Under the pieces are notes generated by a model that saw nothing but the letters and a program-made list of their open reading frames with translations, made no database searches and had not been told where the DNA came from. DNA of 64,000 nucleotides from Actinomycetota bacterium. Its GTDB lineage: Bacteria; Actinomycetota; Acidimicrobiia; Acidimicrobiales; Ilumatobacteraceae. Of this stretch, positions 7,906 to 18,027 are shown piece by piece. Every line of letters starts with the position of its first letter. Within the stretch, counting starts at the first letter, position 1. Both the position numbers and the translations under genes were made by a program. The stretch spans positions 781-64,780 of the forward strand of contig JAPKZY010000107.1 in NCBI GenBank assembly GCA_026393535.1. The letters run 5' to 3'.

Positions 7906-9162
7906 ACGTGAGCGATCGCGATCACGACCGCCTCCGCCATTGCGACCTCCGCCGCCACCGCGACGCTCTTCGATTGATGGCATCTCTTTGAATTCGCGCT
8001 CACCAGTAGCAACTTCTTCAAGGATGGCATCGCCCTTAGCAACATTGACTGAGATTGGGTCAATGCCTGCATCTTTTGCAAGACGCTTGACATGACGACG
8101 CATGTTCTCAGTCACCATGGTGATAACAGTGCCTTCTGCACCGGCGCGAGCCGTACGGCCCGAACGGTGAAGGAAAGCTTTGTGCTCTTCTGGTGGGTCT
8201 GCATGGATAACAAGTGCAATGTCGTCAACGTGGATACCGCGTGCTGCGATATCTGTTGCGACAAGCGTGTCTGCTTTTCCGCCAGAGAAGGCAGCTAAGT
8301 TACGTGCGCGAACATTTTGCGACAAGTCACCGTGCAATTCAACGCTAGGAACTCCAGCTTTGATGAGTGCTTCAGTCAGCTTGCGTGCGCCGTGCTTTGT
8401 GCGTGTGAAGACAAGTGAACGACCAGGTGCTGCACACAAATCTTGCAACACGTCAAAGCGATTCGCTTGCGACACGTTGAAGAAGTAATGAGTCATTGTC
8501 GCTTCATCTTCAAGATTTGATTCAACTTCGTGAGTAACTGGGTTGTTCAAGAACTTGCGGACAAGCTTGTCGATTCCGCGGTCAAGAGTTGCAGAGAACA
8601 ACATGCGCTGTCCGTCACGCGGAGTCTTTGACAAGATCTGTGTGACGTGCTCAAGGAATCCGAGTTCTGCCATGTGGTCTGCTTCGTCAAGAACAGTGAT
8701 CTCAATTGCATCGAGGTCGACGTGACCTGATTCCATGAGGTCAATGAATCGACCTGGGCATGCAACAACGATGTCAACACCATTGCGTAATGCTTCAATC
8801 TGCTTTGGATACCCAACGCCGCCGTAGACGGTTGTTGTGCGCATGCCAAGACGGCGTGCAAGTGGTGCCAATACGTCACACACTTGGTTTGCCAACTCGC
8901 GAGTTGGAACCAAGATCAGTGCACGTGGTGCATAGTTCTCGCGTGGCTTGTTGCTCTCGAGCAAACGAGCCAACAACGGCAATGTGAATGCAAGCGTCTT
9001 GCCTGATCCCGTGCGGCCGCGGCCGAGGGTGTCGCGACCAGCCAACGCGTCTGCGATGGTTGCTTGCTGGATAGGGAATGGTTCGATGAGACCTTGTGAG
9101 GTCAGTTCATCAACCAGGGGCGTGGGCAGACCAAGGTCAGCAAAAGTAGGACGGGTGTCCAT
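7852..9162 (-). CDS. DEAD-box ATP-dependent RNA helicase (core as read in frame)
   Basis: It has the Q-motif region FADLGLP...PFPIQ, AxxGxGKT (GRTGSGKT), DEAD (VLDEADHM), SAT and HRSGRTARAG. The ATG at 9162 is preceded by GGGAGA. The in-frame stop is at 7852. Confidence 0.9.
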   Translation of the reverse strand: MDTRPTFADLGLPTPLVDELTSQGLIEPFPIQQATIADALAGRDTLGRGRTGSGKTLAFTLPLLARLLESNKPRENYAPRALILVPTRELANQVCDVLAPLARRLGMRTTTVYGGVGYPKQIEALRNGVDIVVACPGRFIDLMESGHVDLDAIEITVLDEADHMAELGFLEHVTQILSKTPRDGQRMLFSATLDRGIDKLVRKFLNNPVTHEVESNLEDEATMTHYFFNVSQANRFDVLQDLCAAPGRSLVFTRTKHGARKLTEALIKAGVPSVELHGDLSQNVRARNLAAFSGGKADTLVATDIAARGIHVDDIALVIHADPPEEHKAFLHRSGRTARAGAEGTVITMVTENMRRHVKRLAKDAGIDPISVNVAKGDAILEEVATGEREFKEMPSIEERRGGGGGRNGGGGRDRDRSRSGVIRWRRRLRRRTRSS

Positions 9163-9273
9163 GGGGGTATCTCCCTTGTAAGGGCCATAGATACCGGTTT
9201 GTACCCATGGATGCACTCGAAGCGCTTGAGCAGACTAGCGGTACCCCTGTGGAAAACCTAGGGAAAACTCAAA

Positions 9274-9669
9274 TTATTTTGTCAGTGTGACTTTGATCGC
9301 AGTATCAGCTGCATGGGAGGCTTTGCCTGACATGCGCCTCAGCCACGATTGGGCGATGATGGCGAGGTACATGACTCGGTACTTTTTGCGCACCAAGTCA
9401 GCCACGCGCTTCGAATCGGGACCATCGAGAACGACTGCTGTTCCTTGATGGATTGTGGCGTCTGAAGAGACAATGCCTTTGAACGTTGAGACAGCCAACG
9501 TGGCTCGCGGGTCGCGACGAACGCGTTTTACTTTGAACGCATCATGGTCAGTGGTGAAGGCGTAGCCGTCGTCAAATGGCACAACCCACACGGGCAAAGA
9601 GACCGGGTCGCCATTCTTTTTGTATGTCGTAAACGAAACATATTTGGCGGCATCAAGGTCTGCAGGCAT
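9274..9669 (-). CDS. PPOX-class (pyridoxamine 5'-phosphate oxidase-like), probably F420-dependent, family protein
   Basis: MPADLDAAKYVSFTTYKKNGDPVSLPVWVVPFDDGYAFTTDHD...KKYRVMY is typical of the small split-barrel PPOX family. The ATG at 9669 is preceded by GAAGAGGA. Confidence 0.65.
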   Translation of the reverse strand: MPADLDAAKYVSFTTYKKNGDPVSLPVWVVPFDDGYAFTTDHDAFKVKRVRRDPRATLAVSTFKGIVSSDATIHQGTAVVLDGPDSKRVADLVRKKYRVMYLAIIAQSWLRRMSGKASHAADTAIKVTLTK

Positions 9670-9702
9670 ATGAATCCTCTTCAGAAAAGTATTGATCACT
9701 AA

Positions 9703-9778
9703 TGGTCGGGGAGGGGAGACTTGAACTCCCGGCCTCCTGGTCCCAAACCAGGCGCGCTACCAACTGCGCCACACCCCG
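9703..9778 (-). tRNA. tRNA-Pro (anticodon TGG)
   Basis: The reverse complement is CGGGGTGTGGCGCAGTTGGTAGCGCGCCTGGTTTGGGACCAGGAGGCCGGGAGTTCAAGTCTCCCCTCCCCGACCA. It folds as a cloverleaf with anticodon loop TTTGGGA, T-loop TTCAAGT and an encoded CCA. There is one U-U mismatch in the acceptor stem. Confidence 0.9.
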
Positions 9779-9808
9779 CGGTGTTTCCGATAATGCTATC
9801 GGGAGGTT

Positions 9809-10078
9809 TTAGCTGGCGCTCTTAGCGATACGAGCAAGCCGCTTCGCAGTGCGACCAATGGGCGCAAGGTGGCGATGATCGAGGTCGCCGATTTCGATGC
9901 CATTGGAAAAAAGCACGCGGTAGCGCAACCAATTGAATCCATTCGACAAGATGACTTTGCCCTCTGTCCCGGCAACAACTCCATCAAGATCAACCGTGGT
10001 GACGACCTTGTCGCCATTGCGCAAGTTGATTTGGCCCTTATGAGGGTTAGCGAGAGCGTGGGGCTTCCAAAGAGTCAT
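9809..10078 (-). CDS. Small hypothetical protein (89 aa)
   Basis: The ORF starting at ATG 10078 reads MTLWKPHALANPHKGQINLRNGDKVVTTVDLDGVVAGTEGKVILSNGFNWLRYRVLF... with a basic C-terminus. I recognise no family. It fills the gap between tRNA-Pro and tig. Confidence 0.4.
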   Translation of the reverse strand: MTLWKPHALANPHKGQINLRNGDKVVTTVDLDGVVAGTEGKVILSNGFNWLRYRVLFSNGIEIGDLDHRHLAPIGRTAKRLARIAKSAS

Positions 10079-10175
10079 GGCTCCATTATTGCCCGAAACG
10101 GCACCAGAAAAGCGAACCCGTGAATCAGTCGGCAAAAGAACAGTCAGTCAGGCGCGCCGATACACTTTTCAATCT

Positions 10176-11576
10176 GTGAAAAGCACTCTCGAAGCCCTAG
10201 AGGGCAATAAAGTCAAGCTGTCCATCGAAGTTGACGAGTCGGAATTCGACCGCAACTTAGATGCTGCATTCCGAAAGATCGCTCATGAAGTGCGTCTCCC
10301 TGGCTTTCGGCCGGGCAAAGCTCCCCGCCGTGTGCTTGAGGCACGTATCGGTATTGATGCTGCGCGAGGTCAAGCACTTCAAGATGCGATTCCTGAATAT
10401 CTCAGCAAAGCAGTGCGCGAGCATGATGTCGACATCATCTCAACACCTGATGTCACGTTGACAAACAACAACGATCCTGTTGATGCAGAAAATCCTGTTC
10501 CAGCAGAGTTCGTGTACCCAGTGATGTTCGAAGCAATTTGTGAGATCCGTCCTGAAGTCAGCGTTCCTGGTTACGGCGGACTGCGCATTGAATTGTCAAG
10601 CCCTGATCTCTCTGATGAAGAACTTGAAGAAGCAGTTGCCACAGAGCGTCGTCGTTTCGGTTCATTGGTTGATGTTGATCGTGCTGCAGAAACAGGCGAC
10701 AACGTAGTTATCGACCTTGAAGGACTTCGCGATGGAGAGCCTGTTGCCGGACTTAATGTTGATGAATGGACCTATGAAATCGGGCGCGCCTGGGTTGCTC
10801 CCGGATTCGATGAGCAGCTCACAGGTGCAAAGAAGGGTGATGTTCTTCGCTTCAACGCCATTCCGAATGGCACTGAAGAAGCAGCGGACTTTGTTGTCAC
10901 TGTCAATCGTGTTCAAACTTTGGAACTTCCAGAACTCACTGATGAATGGGTGGAAGCAAACATTGCAGACTCAGACACAGTTGTTGAATGGCGCCAGTCA
11001 CTTCGCGACCGTTACACCGAAATGCGTGTTAACCAAATGCGTCGCACCGTTGTAGATCGTCTTACAGACGAACTTGCTAAACTTGTCGAAATTGAAGCAC
11101 CAGAATCAATGGTTGGTGCAGATATGCAAGCGCGTGTTCAAAACACCATTCAGCAATTCCAGCAACAGGGCATTGCTCTTGACCAGTGGCTGTCTGCAAC
11201 AGGTCAAGACACAGAGTCATTTATTGCTGGCATGAAAGAGCAGTCAGAAAAGGCCGTCAAGGTTGATCTTGCATTGCGTGCTGTTGCTGCAGCTCAAGCC
11301 ATCACCGTCAGCGACGACGATCTTGAGGCGGAATTTGAAGCAATTGGGGTTCGCGTCAATGAAAAAACCGCCAAAGTCCGCAAGGCATATGAGCAGAATG
11401 ACGCCATTGCTGACCTCGTTGCCCAGATGCGTAAATCTCAAGCACTTGAGTGGTTGCTGCACAACTCGACCTTTGTAGACCAGAATGGAACTGTTCTTCC
11501 CACCGACACGGTGCTCGGAGATCACGACCACGACCATGACCACGACGATGAAGACGAAGCAGAGGATGCAGAATGA
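10176..11576 (+). CDS. tig: Trigger factor (ribosome-associated peptidyl-prolyl isomerase chaperone)
   Basis: A GTG start at 10176 gives [55 protein letters not shown], the canonical trigger-factor N-terminus containing the GFRPGKAP ribosome-binding signature. The gene is followed by clpP and clpX. Confidence 0.9.
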   Translation: MKSTLEALEGNKVKLSIEVDESEFDRNLDAAFRKIAHEVRLPGFRPGKAPRRVLEARIGIDAARGQALQDAIPEYLSKAVREHDVDIISTPDVTLTNNNDPVDAENPVPAEFVYPVMFEAICEIRPEVSVPGYGGLRIELSSPDLSDEELEEAVATERRRFGSLVDVDRAAETGDNVVIDLEGLRDGEPVAGLNVDEWTYEIGRAWVAPGFDEQLTGAKKGDVLRFNAIPNGTEEAADFVVTVNRVQTLELPELTDEWVEANIADSDTVVEWRQSLRDRYTEMRVNQMRRTVVDRLTDELAKLVEIEAPESMVGADMQARVQNTIQQFQQQGIALDQWLSATGQDTESFIAGMKEQSEKAVKVDLALRAVAAAQAITVSDDDLEAEFEAIGVRVNEKTAKVRKAYEQNDAIADLVAQMRKSQALEWLLHNSTFVDQNGTVLPTDTVLGDHDHDHDHDDEDEAEDAE

Positions 11577-12199
11577 ACTTCCAGAATTACTACGTACCAA
11601 ACGTCACTGAACAGACAAGCAGGGGTGAACGTACCTCTGACCTGTTCTCGCGGTTGTTGAAAGAGAACATCATCTTTTTGGGTATGCCTATTGACGACAC
11701 CGTGGCAAACCTCATCTGTGCACAGCTCATTCACTTGGAGAGCGAAAACCCAGATCGCGACATCAACATCTACATCAACAGCCCTGGTGGAGACATCACG
11801 TCACTGTTTGCTATTTACGACACGATGCAGTTCATCAAGAACGACATTGCCACCATTTGCCTCGGTCAGGCTGCCTCGGCGGCAGCCGTCCTTTTGGCCG
11901 CTGGCACCAAGGGAAAGCGTCTTGCTTTGCCTCATAGCCGTGTCCTTCTCCATCAGCCATATGGCCAGGTCGGCTACGGCCAGGTGACCGATTTGGAGAT
12001 CGCAGCAAAGGAAATCCTTCGTATGCGTGACCTTCTGGAAGAGATTCTTGCCAAGCACACTGGCCAGAGCATGGAAAGAATTCATGCAGATACAGACCGT
12101 GACTTCGTAATTGAAGCCAATGAGGCCGTCGAGTATGGCATTATCGACAGTGTGATTTCATCACGCGAATTAACGGACCGTTCCGGTCCAATTCGTTAA
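11573..12199 (+). CDS. clpP: ATP-dependent Clp protease proteolytic subunit
   Basis: It contains [32 protein letters not shown] (Ser), LLHQP (His) and DTDRD (Asp). Its start overlaps the tig stop in an ATGA arrangement. Confidence 0.95.
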   Translation: MNFQNYYVPNVTEQTSRGERTSDLFSRLLKENIIFLGMPIDDTVANLICAQLIHLESENPDRDINIYINSPGGDITSLFAIYDTMQFIKNDIATICLGQAASAAAVLLAAGTKGKRLALPHSRVLLHQPYGQVGYGQVTDLEIAAKEILRMRDLLEEILAKHTGQSMERIHADTDRDFVIEANEAVEYGIIDSVISSRELTDRSGPIR

Positions 12200-12222
12200 C
12201 ACATAGTTCGAGGAGGGCCTTC

Positions 12223-13506
12223 GTGGCCAAGTTTGGTGACACAGGAGAACTCTTGAAGTGCTCCTTTTGCGGCAAGTCCCAAAAGCAAGTCAAGAAACTC
12301 ATCGCAGGACCTGGTGTCTATGTCTGTGATGAATGCATCGAACTGTGCAATGAGATCATCGAAGAAGAAGTAGGCGAGCGCTCAGATGTGCGTCTTGATG
12401 TACTTCCGACTCCTATTGAGACTCGTACATTTCTTGATGAATACGTAGTTGGGCAAGAGCGCGCTAAGAAAGTTCTTTCCGTCGCCGTATTCCATCACTA
12501 TCGACGCCTGCAATACATGCAGCAGAACACCGGCATTCGTCGTGACGAAGTGGAATTGCAAAAGAGCAATATTCTCCTTCTTGGTCCAACTGGTTGCGGT
12601 AAAACACACCTGGCCCAAACTCTTGCTCGCATGTTGAATGTGCCATTCGCTGTTGCTGATGCAACGGCGCTCACTGAGGCCGGATATGTCGGTGAAGACG
12701 TTGAAAACATTTTGCTCAAACTTCTTCAAGCAGCAGATTTTGATGTGAAGCGTGCAGAACAAGGCATTGTGTACATCGACGAGATTGACAAGGTTGCTCG
12801 CAAGGCGGAGAACCCCAGCATTACGCGTGACGTCTCTGGTGAGGGTGTACAGCAAGCTCTGCTGAAAATCCTGGAAGGCACAGTTGCATCTGTGCCGCCA
12901 CAAGGTGGCCGCAAACACCCACATCAAGAATTCATTCAGATTGATACAACCAACGTGTTGTTCATTTGTGGTGGAGCGTTTTCAGGTCTCGAGCAGATTA
13001 TTGAACAACGCATCGGCCACAAGGGCATGGGCTTTCACGCAACAGTGACATCAAAAGCCGACAAAGACCCTGGCGAGTTATTCGAACAAGTTCTGCCTGA
13101 GGACTTGCTGAAGTTCGGAATGATTCCTGAGTTTATTGGTCGTTTACCCATGGTGGGTGCAGTGCATGCGCTCGACAAGCCAGCCCTAATGCAGATCCTC
13201 ACAGAGCCAAAAAATGCGCTCGTGAAGCAGTATGCGAAGTTGTTTGAGTTCGATGACATTGAATTAGACATCGAGCCAGAAGCGTTAGAAGCCATTGCAG
13301 AACTTGCAATGGCTCGTGGAACTGGTGCGCGCGGATTGCGTTCCATCCTTGAAGAGACACTGCTTGATGCAATGTATGAATTGCCTGGTCGTACAGACAT
13401 TGCCCGCGTTGTTGTTAATGCAGACTGTGTCAAGAATAAGGCAATGCCTGAACTTGTGACGAAGACTGCTGCACGAGCACCTCGTCAGCGCCGCGCAGCT
13501 TCCTAG
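12223..13506 (+). CDS. clpX: ATP-dependent Clp protease ATP-binding subunit ClpX
   Basis: It has a zinc-binding N-terminus (CSFCGK...CDECI), Walker A GPTGCGKT, Walker B YIDEIDK and the ClpX pore region. Confidence 0.95.
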   Translation: MAKFGDTGELLKCSFCGKSQKQVKKLIAGPGVYVCDECIELCNEIIEEEVGERSDVRLDVLPTPIETRTFLDEYVVGQERAKKVLSVAVFHHYRRLQYMQQNTGIRRDEVELQKSNILLLGPTGCGKTHLAQTLARMLNVPFAVADATALTEAGYVGEDVENILLKLLQAADFDVKRAEQGIVYIDEIDKVARKAENPSITRDVSGEGVQQALLKILEGTVASVPPQGGRKHPHQEFIQIDTTNVLFICGGAFSGLEQIIEQRIGHKGMGFHATVTSKADKDPGELFEQVLPEDLLKFGMIPEFIGRLPMVGAVHALDKPALMQILTEPKNALVKQYAKLFEFDDIELDIEPEALEAIAELAMARGTGARGLRSILEETLLDAMYELPGRTDIARVVVNADCVKNKAMPELVTKTAARAPRQRRAAS

Positions 13507-13512
13507 GACCGC

Positions 13513-14808
13513 ATGAATTATCAAGAAGCGCTCGTGTATCTTGACGAGCACGCCTCGTATGAAAAGACGGGCCGCGTTGAGACTCCGTCAACCGCAACTA
13601 TTGAACGTCTTCTTGAAGTATTGGGCGATCCGCAGAACGACTTTCGCGTTATCCATGTAACAGGCACAAACGGAAAAGGTTCAACGTCGCAGATCATCAC
13701 ACGGTTGTTGATGGCTCACGGTCTCAAGGTGGGCACGTATTCGAGTCCCCATCTCGAGAATGTTCGAGAGCGTATTCAAGTCGATGGTGAACCGATTGCT
13801 GAGATTGATTTTGCTGATTCAGTAGCGGCAGTGGCAAATGCAGAAGGTATTGGCACGGTTCGTCCGTCATATTTTGAAATTATGACTGCAGCTGCGTTTC
13901 GTTGGTTCTCTGATGATGCAATTGAGGTCGCAGTTATCGAGGTTGGAATGTTGGGTCGTTGGGACGCAACAAACGTGGTGAAACCAGATGTCGCAGTGAT
14001 TACGAATATTGCACTCGATCACACTGAATTTGCTGGTCCAACGCTGGCACATATCGCCACGGAAAAAGCCGGCATCATCAAGCCTGGTTGCGTAGCGGTC
14101 ATTGGTGAGGTGAATGAAGATCTTCGTTCACTTTTTACTGCTGAACCATGTGAAGAAATGTTGGTGCGAGGCGAGCAGTTCGATGTTGTCGATAATCATC
14201 TTGCGTTGGGTGGTCGTTCAGTTCACATCAGTACACATCGTGCTGAATATCTCGATCTATTTATTCCACTTCATGGATGGCATCAAGGCGATAACACAGC
14301 GGTGGCAATTGCAGCCGTTGAAGCCTTCTTTGGGTCGGCACTTGATGCAGAGACCGTGCAAGAAGGTTTGGACGGGGTTCTCATGCCTGGTCGCTTTGAA
14401 GTTGTTGGTCACCAACCTCTCGTCATTCTTGATGGCGCACATAACCCAGCAGGCGCAGATGTGTGCTCCAGTGTGTTCTTTGAAGACTTTGATCCACACG
14501 GTCGTCGCATCCTGGTGGTCGGTGCCTTGGGCGGCAGAGATATCAGCGACACTTTGTCTGCCCTCAAGGTTGACGAGTACGAATTGGTGATCTGTTGTAC
14601 GGCACCTTCTCCCCGTGCCCGCCCTGGTCGCGAAATTGCCGATGTGGCACGTGGTATGGGATGTTCAGAGGTCGTGGTAGCTAACACAGTTGAAAAGGCC
14701 TGTGACATCGCTTTGGCAGATGCAACGAGCGACGATGCCATATTGGTGGCTGGCTCTCTGTATGTCGTTGGGGCTGCCAGAACCCATCTCCGTCGCGTTT
14801 TACCCTGA
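13513..14808 (+). CDS. folC: Folylpolyglutamate synthase / dihydrofolate synthase
   Basis: It has the Mur-ligase P-loop HVTGTNGKGST, and its position after clpX is conserved in actinobacteria. Confidence 0.9.
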   Translation: MNYQEALVYLDEHASYEKTGRVETPSTATIERLLEVLGDPQNDFRVIHVTGTNGKGSTSQIITRLLMAHGLKVGTYSSPHLENVRERIQVDGEPIAEIDFADSVAAVANAEGIGTVRPSYFEIMTAAAFRWFSDDAIEVAVIEVGMLGRWDATNVVKPDVAVITNIALDHTEFAGPTLAHIATEKAGIIKPGCVAVIGEVNEDLRSLFTAEPCEEMLVRGEQFDVVDNHLALGGRSVHISTHRAEYLDLFIPLHGWHQGDNTAVAIAAVEAFFGSALDAETVQEGLDGVLMPGRFEVVGHQPLVILDGAHNPAGADVCSSVFFEDFDPHGRRILVVGALGGRDISDTLSALKVDEYELVICCTAPSPRARPGREIADVARGMGCSEVVVANTVEKACDIALADATSDDAILVAGSLYVVGAARTHLRRVLP

Positions 14809-14859
14809 CAGGTCTTGGGTTCGGGGGCAATCGAACGCTCCTGGCGTAGCCTGTAGCGC

Positions 14860-15270
14860 ATGTCAGATCGCACACTTGTTTTGTTGAAGCCCGATGCCGT
14901 TGAACGCGGTCTTGTTGGGGCCATTTTGTCTCGTTTCGAGAACAAGGGACTGCGTATTGCTGCGATGGAATTACGCACTCTCGATGCCGCCATTCTTGCC
15001 CGTCATTACGAAGAGCATGTGGGCAAAGGGTTCTACGCAGAACTTGTTGCATTCATGGGCCGTGGCCCCGTTGTTGCTCTTGCCATCGAAGGTCCAGAAG
15101 ACACCTGGGAAATCGTTCGCACAATGATGGGCGCTACAAACCCACGCAAGGCAGACCTTGGCACCATTCGTGGTGACTACGGCACATTGTTCACTGAAAA
15201 CCTTGTCCATGGTTCCGATTCAGCCGAATCAGCCGCACGCGAGCTCGGAATCTTCTTTCCCGCCCTCTAA
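14860..15270 (+). CDS. ndk: Nucleoside diphosphate kinase
   Basis: It contains TLVLLKPDAVERGL and NLVHGSDS (active-site His); length is 136 aa. Confidence 0.95.
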   Translation: MSDRTLVLLKPDAVERGLVGAILSRFENKGLRIAAMELRTLDAAILARHYEEHVGKGFYAELVAFMGRGPVVALAIEGPEDTWEIVRTMMGATNPRKADLGTIRGDYGTLFTENLVHGSDSAESAARELGIFFPAL

Positions 15271-15333
15271 GGCGCGGGTAGTTAGCATTTCTGCAGAGTT
15301 GACGTTTCCACGCCAACTCAGGGAGATCTCTTT

Positions 15334-16374
15334 ATGAATCGGAATAATCCTTTGTCGATGGGGCGTGACATTGCAATCGACCTCGGCACTGCCAACACCT
15401 TGGTGTACGTGCGCGGTCAAGGAATTGTTTTGAATGAGCCCTCTGTGGTTGCTATCGATATGCGCGACGGAAAGCCTGTTGCAGTCGGTTGGGAAGCAAA
15501 GCGGATGCTTGGTCGTACTCCGAAACATATTGAAGTGATTCGTCCATTGAAAGATGGAGTCATTGCCGACTTCGACGTGTGCGAAAAAATGCTGCGCTAT
15601 TTCATTCAGCGAGTCACAACTAGTCGTTGGAGCAAACCACGAATGGTGATTTGTGTTCCATCTGGAATTACCGGAGTTGAACAACGCGCTGTGCAAGATG
15701 CTGCAGAATACGCAGGTGCTCGTCGTCCAGTGCACATCATTGAAGAACCTATGGCGGCTGCAATTGGTGCAGATCTTCCCGTTCATGAACCAAGCGGAAA
15801 TATGATTGTCGACATTGGTGGCGGAACTACAGAAGTGGCCGTTATCTCACTTGGTGGCATTGTCGTTGCCCAGAGCGTTCGTGTGGCAGGCGATGAACTT
15901 GACGAAGCAATCGTTGCCTACGTTCGCGCGGAATATTCCTTGGATATCGGAATCAACACGGCAGAAGAAATTAAGATTCAAATGGCCTCCGCATGGCCTC
16001 TTTCGCAAGAACTCACCGGAGACGTGGGTGGCCGAGACACGGTTTCTGGCTTGCCTCGCACTATTGAGATCACTTCGGCCAATGTTCGCGACGCCATCGC
16101 AGAGCCAATTGCTGCAATCATTGACGCTGTGAAGTCAACTCTCGATCGCACGCCGCCTGAATTGGCAGCAGACATCATGGACCGCGGTATTTATCTGTCT
16201 GGCGGGGGAGCATTGCTGTCCGGAATGCCACAACGCGTCACTCATGAAACAGGAATGCCGTGTTACATAGCCCCTGATCCGTTGTATGCGGTCGCTATTG
16301 GTTCAGGCCGTGCGCTTGAAAACATCGAAGCGATGCGCGGAATGATGTCCTTCCCAGGACTCGATCAGCTGTAG
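15334..16374 (+). CDS. mreB: Rod shape-determining actin homologue MreB
   Basis: It contains DLGTANTLVYV and DIGGGTTEVAV and is followed by mreC and mreD. Confidence 0.95.
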   Translation: MNRNNPLSMGRDIAIDLGTANTLVYVRGQGIVLNEPSVVAIDMRDGKPVAVGWEAKRMLGRTPKHIEVIRPLKDGVIADFDVCEKMLRYFIQRVTTSRWSKPRMVICVPSGITGVEQRAVQDAAEYAGARRPVHIIEEPMAAAIGADLPVHEPSGNMIVDIGGGTTEVAVISLGGIVVAQSVRVAGDELDEAIVAYVRAEYSLDIGINTAEEIKIQMASAWPLSQELTGDVGGRDTVSGLPRTIEITSANVRDAIAEPIAAIIDAVKSTLDRTPPELAADIMDRGIYLSGGGALLSGMPQRVTHETGMPCYIAPDPLYAVAIGSGRALENIEAMRGMMSFPGLDQL

Positions 16375-16384
16375 TACTAATCCC

Positions 16385-17509
16385 GTGGCGGACTTATCCT
16401 TCACGCGTCGTCGGGCGATTCTCCTGCTGTCGCTTACGTCTGTGATTCTGATCACAATGGACCTGCGCGGTAGCTCGGTCATTAATTTTGCTCGATCAAC
16501 ATTTGGTGTTGTGTTCCGCCCGATTGAAAGCGCAACAAAAGTTGTTACTCGTCCAATAGGTAACGCATGGAACGGCATGACTCATTACAACGATGTTGTG
16601 AAAGAAAATCATCGCCTCAATGACCTCGTTGCATTTAGCGAAGGCTCCACTATCTCTGCAATCGCAAGCGTGCGTGAAGCCCAAGAGCTGCTGTCATTGA
16701 ATGGGCTGCCCACACTGGCTGGGATTGCATCGTGTACTGCACAAGTGGTTGGGCAATCTCCATCAAACTTCACACAAACGGTTGAAATCAACCGTGGCTC
16801 AGAATGTGGTTTGAAAGTTGGAATGCCGGTTCTGAATGCTGCCGGAATGATCGGGAAAATCACCGATGTCTACAACAAGCGATCTGTTGTGATGTTGCTG
16901 ACAGATCCTGGTTATTCATTGGCCGTGAAAGTTGTGAATATCCCTGCACCCACAACAACAACTACGGCGGCTCCGGGAACGCCAGTAGGTGACATCACTA
17001 CGACGACTTCGACTACAACGACAACCACATTGCCGCGTGTTACAACTACAACTGGGATCCCGGGCTTTGTGCCAGGAGCCACCATCGCAACTTCATCAAC
17101 ACTCGCGCCGTTGCCAGGTGAGGTCACGGTTCCTGTTGGAGACGTGGGGCCTAATCAGCCAGGCAAATCAACCAGTTCAGAAATCACAGTGCCACCAGGC
17201 CTTGATGTTCCGTTGCGTGAGACAGGAGCTTTAGAAGGCAGAGGAATCTCACGTACCCCAATTGTTCGCTTTGTTGAAAATCAACCGAGATTCGGTGCGG
17301 TGCGTATTGGTTCTCCAATCATCTCTGCAGGTGGCGCAACATCTCTTGCGCCTCCTGACATTGTGATTGGATCTGTGAGTCGCATAGTGAACAGAACAGG
17401 AACGCTCGGACCCATTCTTGAAGTGACACTGGCGGCGAATTTGAAAAACCTGAACTTTGTCCGCATCTTGTTGTATCAACCATCCTCTGAACGAGTTGTC
17501 GCGCCATGA
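16385..17509 (+). CDS. mreC: Rod shape-determining protein MreC, with a Thr/Pro-rich low-complexity insertion
   Basis: The call rests on the N-terminal TM segment, the coiled region, the beta-domain (GMPVLNAAGMIGKITDV), and the position between mreB and mreD. The insertion reads PAPTTTTTAAPGTPVGDITTTTSTTTTTTLPRVTTTTGIPG. Confidence 0.8.
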   Translation: MADLSFTRRRAILLLSLTSVILITMDLRGSSVINFARSTFGVVFRPIESATKVVTRPIGNAWNGMTHYNDVVKENHRLNDLVAFSEGSTISAIASVREAQELLSLNGLPTLAGIASCTAQVVGQSPSNFTQTVEINRGSECGLKVGMPVLNAAGMIGKITDVYNKRSVVMLLTDPGYSLAVKVVNIPAPTTTTTAAPGTPVGDITTTTSTTTTTTLPRVTTTTGIPGFVPGATIATSSTLAPLPGEVTVPVGDVGPNQPGKSTSSEITVPPGLDVPLRETGALEGRGISRTPIVRFVENQPRFGAVRIGSPIISAGGATSLAPPDIVIGSVSRIVNRTGTLGPILEVTLAANLKNLNFVRILLYQPSSERVVAP

Positions 17510-18027
17510 TCCAGAGGGTGTTGTTGTTTGCAGAGAATCGTTATGCGCGTCTTGTTCTCGTTGGGCTGATGGTGTTGTCGTTGCAAACTACCGTGTTTAA
17601 CGACATGCGACCGTTTGGTGTATGTCTGCAGGTCATGGTGTTGCTTGCAGCATCTGCTGGCCTTGCGCGCGGGTCAGATGTTGGCGCTATCGCCGGATTC
17701 ATTATTGGCTTGTTGTATGACTTGGTTCTCACAACACCAATGGGCTTGTGTGCCGCAGTGTTTGCAATCGTTGGTTATCTCGCGGGTGTTGGTCAGTCAT
17801 TGGTGTACGAACCGACGTGGTGGACGCGAATGTTGCTTGGTTCTACTGCAAGCGCCATAGGCATGATCTTGCTGCCCATCGCTTCCACAGTTACTGGTGC
17901 TACGGGAATTCTGAACGTTCGCGTTTTATTTGTGGCACTCATTGTTGGGTTGTTCAACGCAGTGCTGAGTATTCCCGCTGAGAGATTGTGTCGATGGGCG
18001 CTGACTGAACCGGCGGCTGTTCGCTAA
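17506..18027 (+). CDS. mreD: Rod shape-determining protein MreD (polytopic membrane protein)
   Basis: It is a small hydrophobic protein, overlaps mreC by 4 nt and abuts pbp2. The call is positional. Confidence 0.65.
   Translation: MIQRVLLFAENRYARLVLVGLMVLSLQTTVFNDMRPFGVCLQVMVLLAASAGLARGSDVGAIAGFIIGLLYDLVLTTPMGLCAAVFAIVGYLAGVGQSLVYEPTWWTRMLLGSTASAIGMILLPIASTVTGATGILNVRVLFVALIVGLFNAVLSIPAERLCRWALTEPAAVR

Noticed and set aside
7517-8095. Additional long ORFs over the helicase tail: 7517..7891 on the minus strand (Val/Ala/His/Thr-rich) and 7595..8095 on the plus strand (His/Arg/Asp-rich)
   Set aside because: These frames stay open only because the 15-nt tandem repeat lacks stop codons in several frames. 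Their compositions are mirror artefacts of the RD-rich frame and they have no start context.
9703-9778. The possibility that one of the two tRNA genes (9703-9778 or 41752-41826) is tRNA-Sec, supporting the selenoprotein call
   Set aside because: Both fold as standard 75-76-nt cloverleaves with anticodons TGG (Pro) and GCC (Gly). Neither has a TCA anticodon or the long variable arm and 8/5 acceptor/T geometry of selC. Support for Sec decoding must come from elsewhere in the genome.
12382-12927. A 181-aa minus-strand ORF and neighbouring short ORFs antisense to clpX
   Set aside because: clpX is unambiguous on the plus strand. The antisense ORFs have no recognisable motifs or start signals. The same reasoning applies to antisense ORFs inside folC (14409..14993), mreB (15229..15786), the GT-C gene (48340..48789) and the Mo-enzyme gene.
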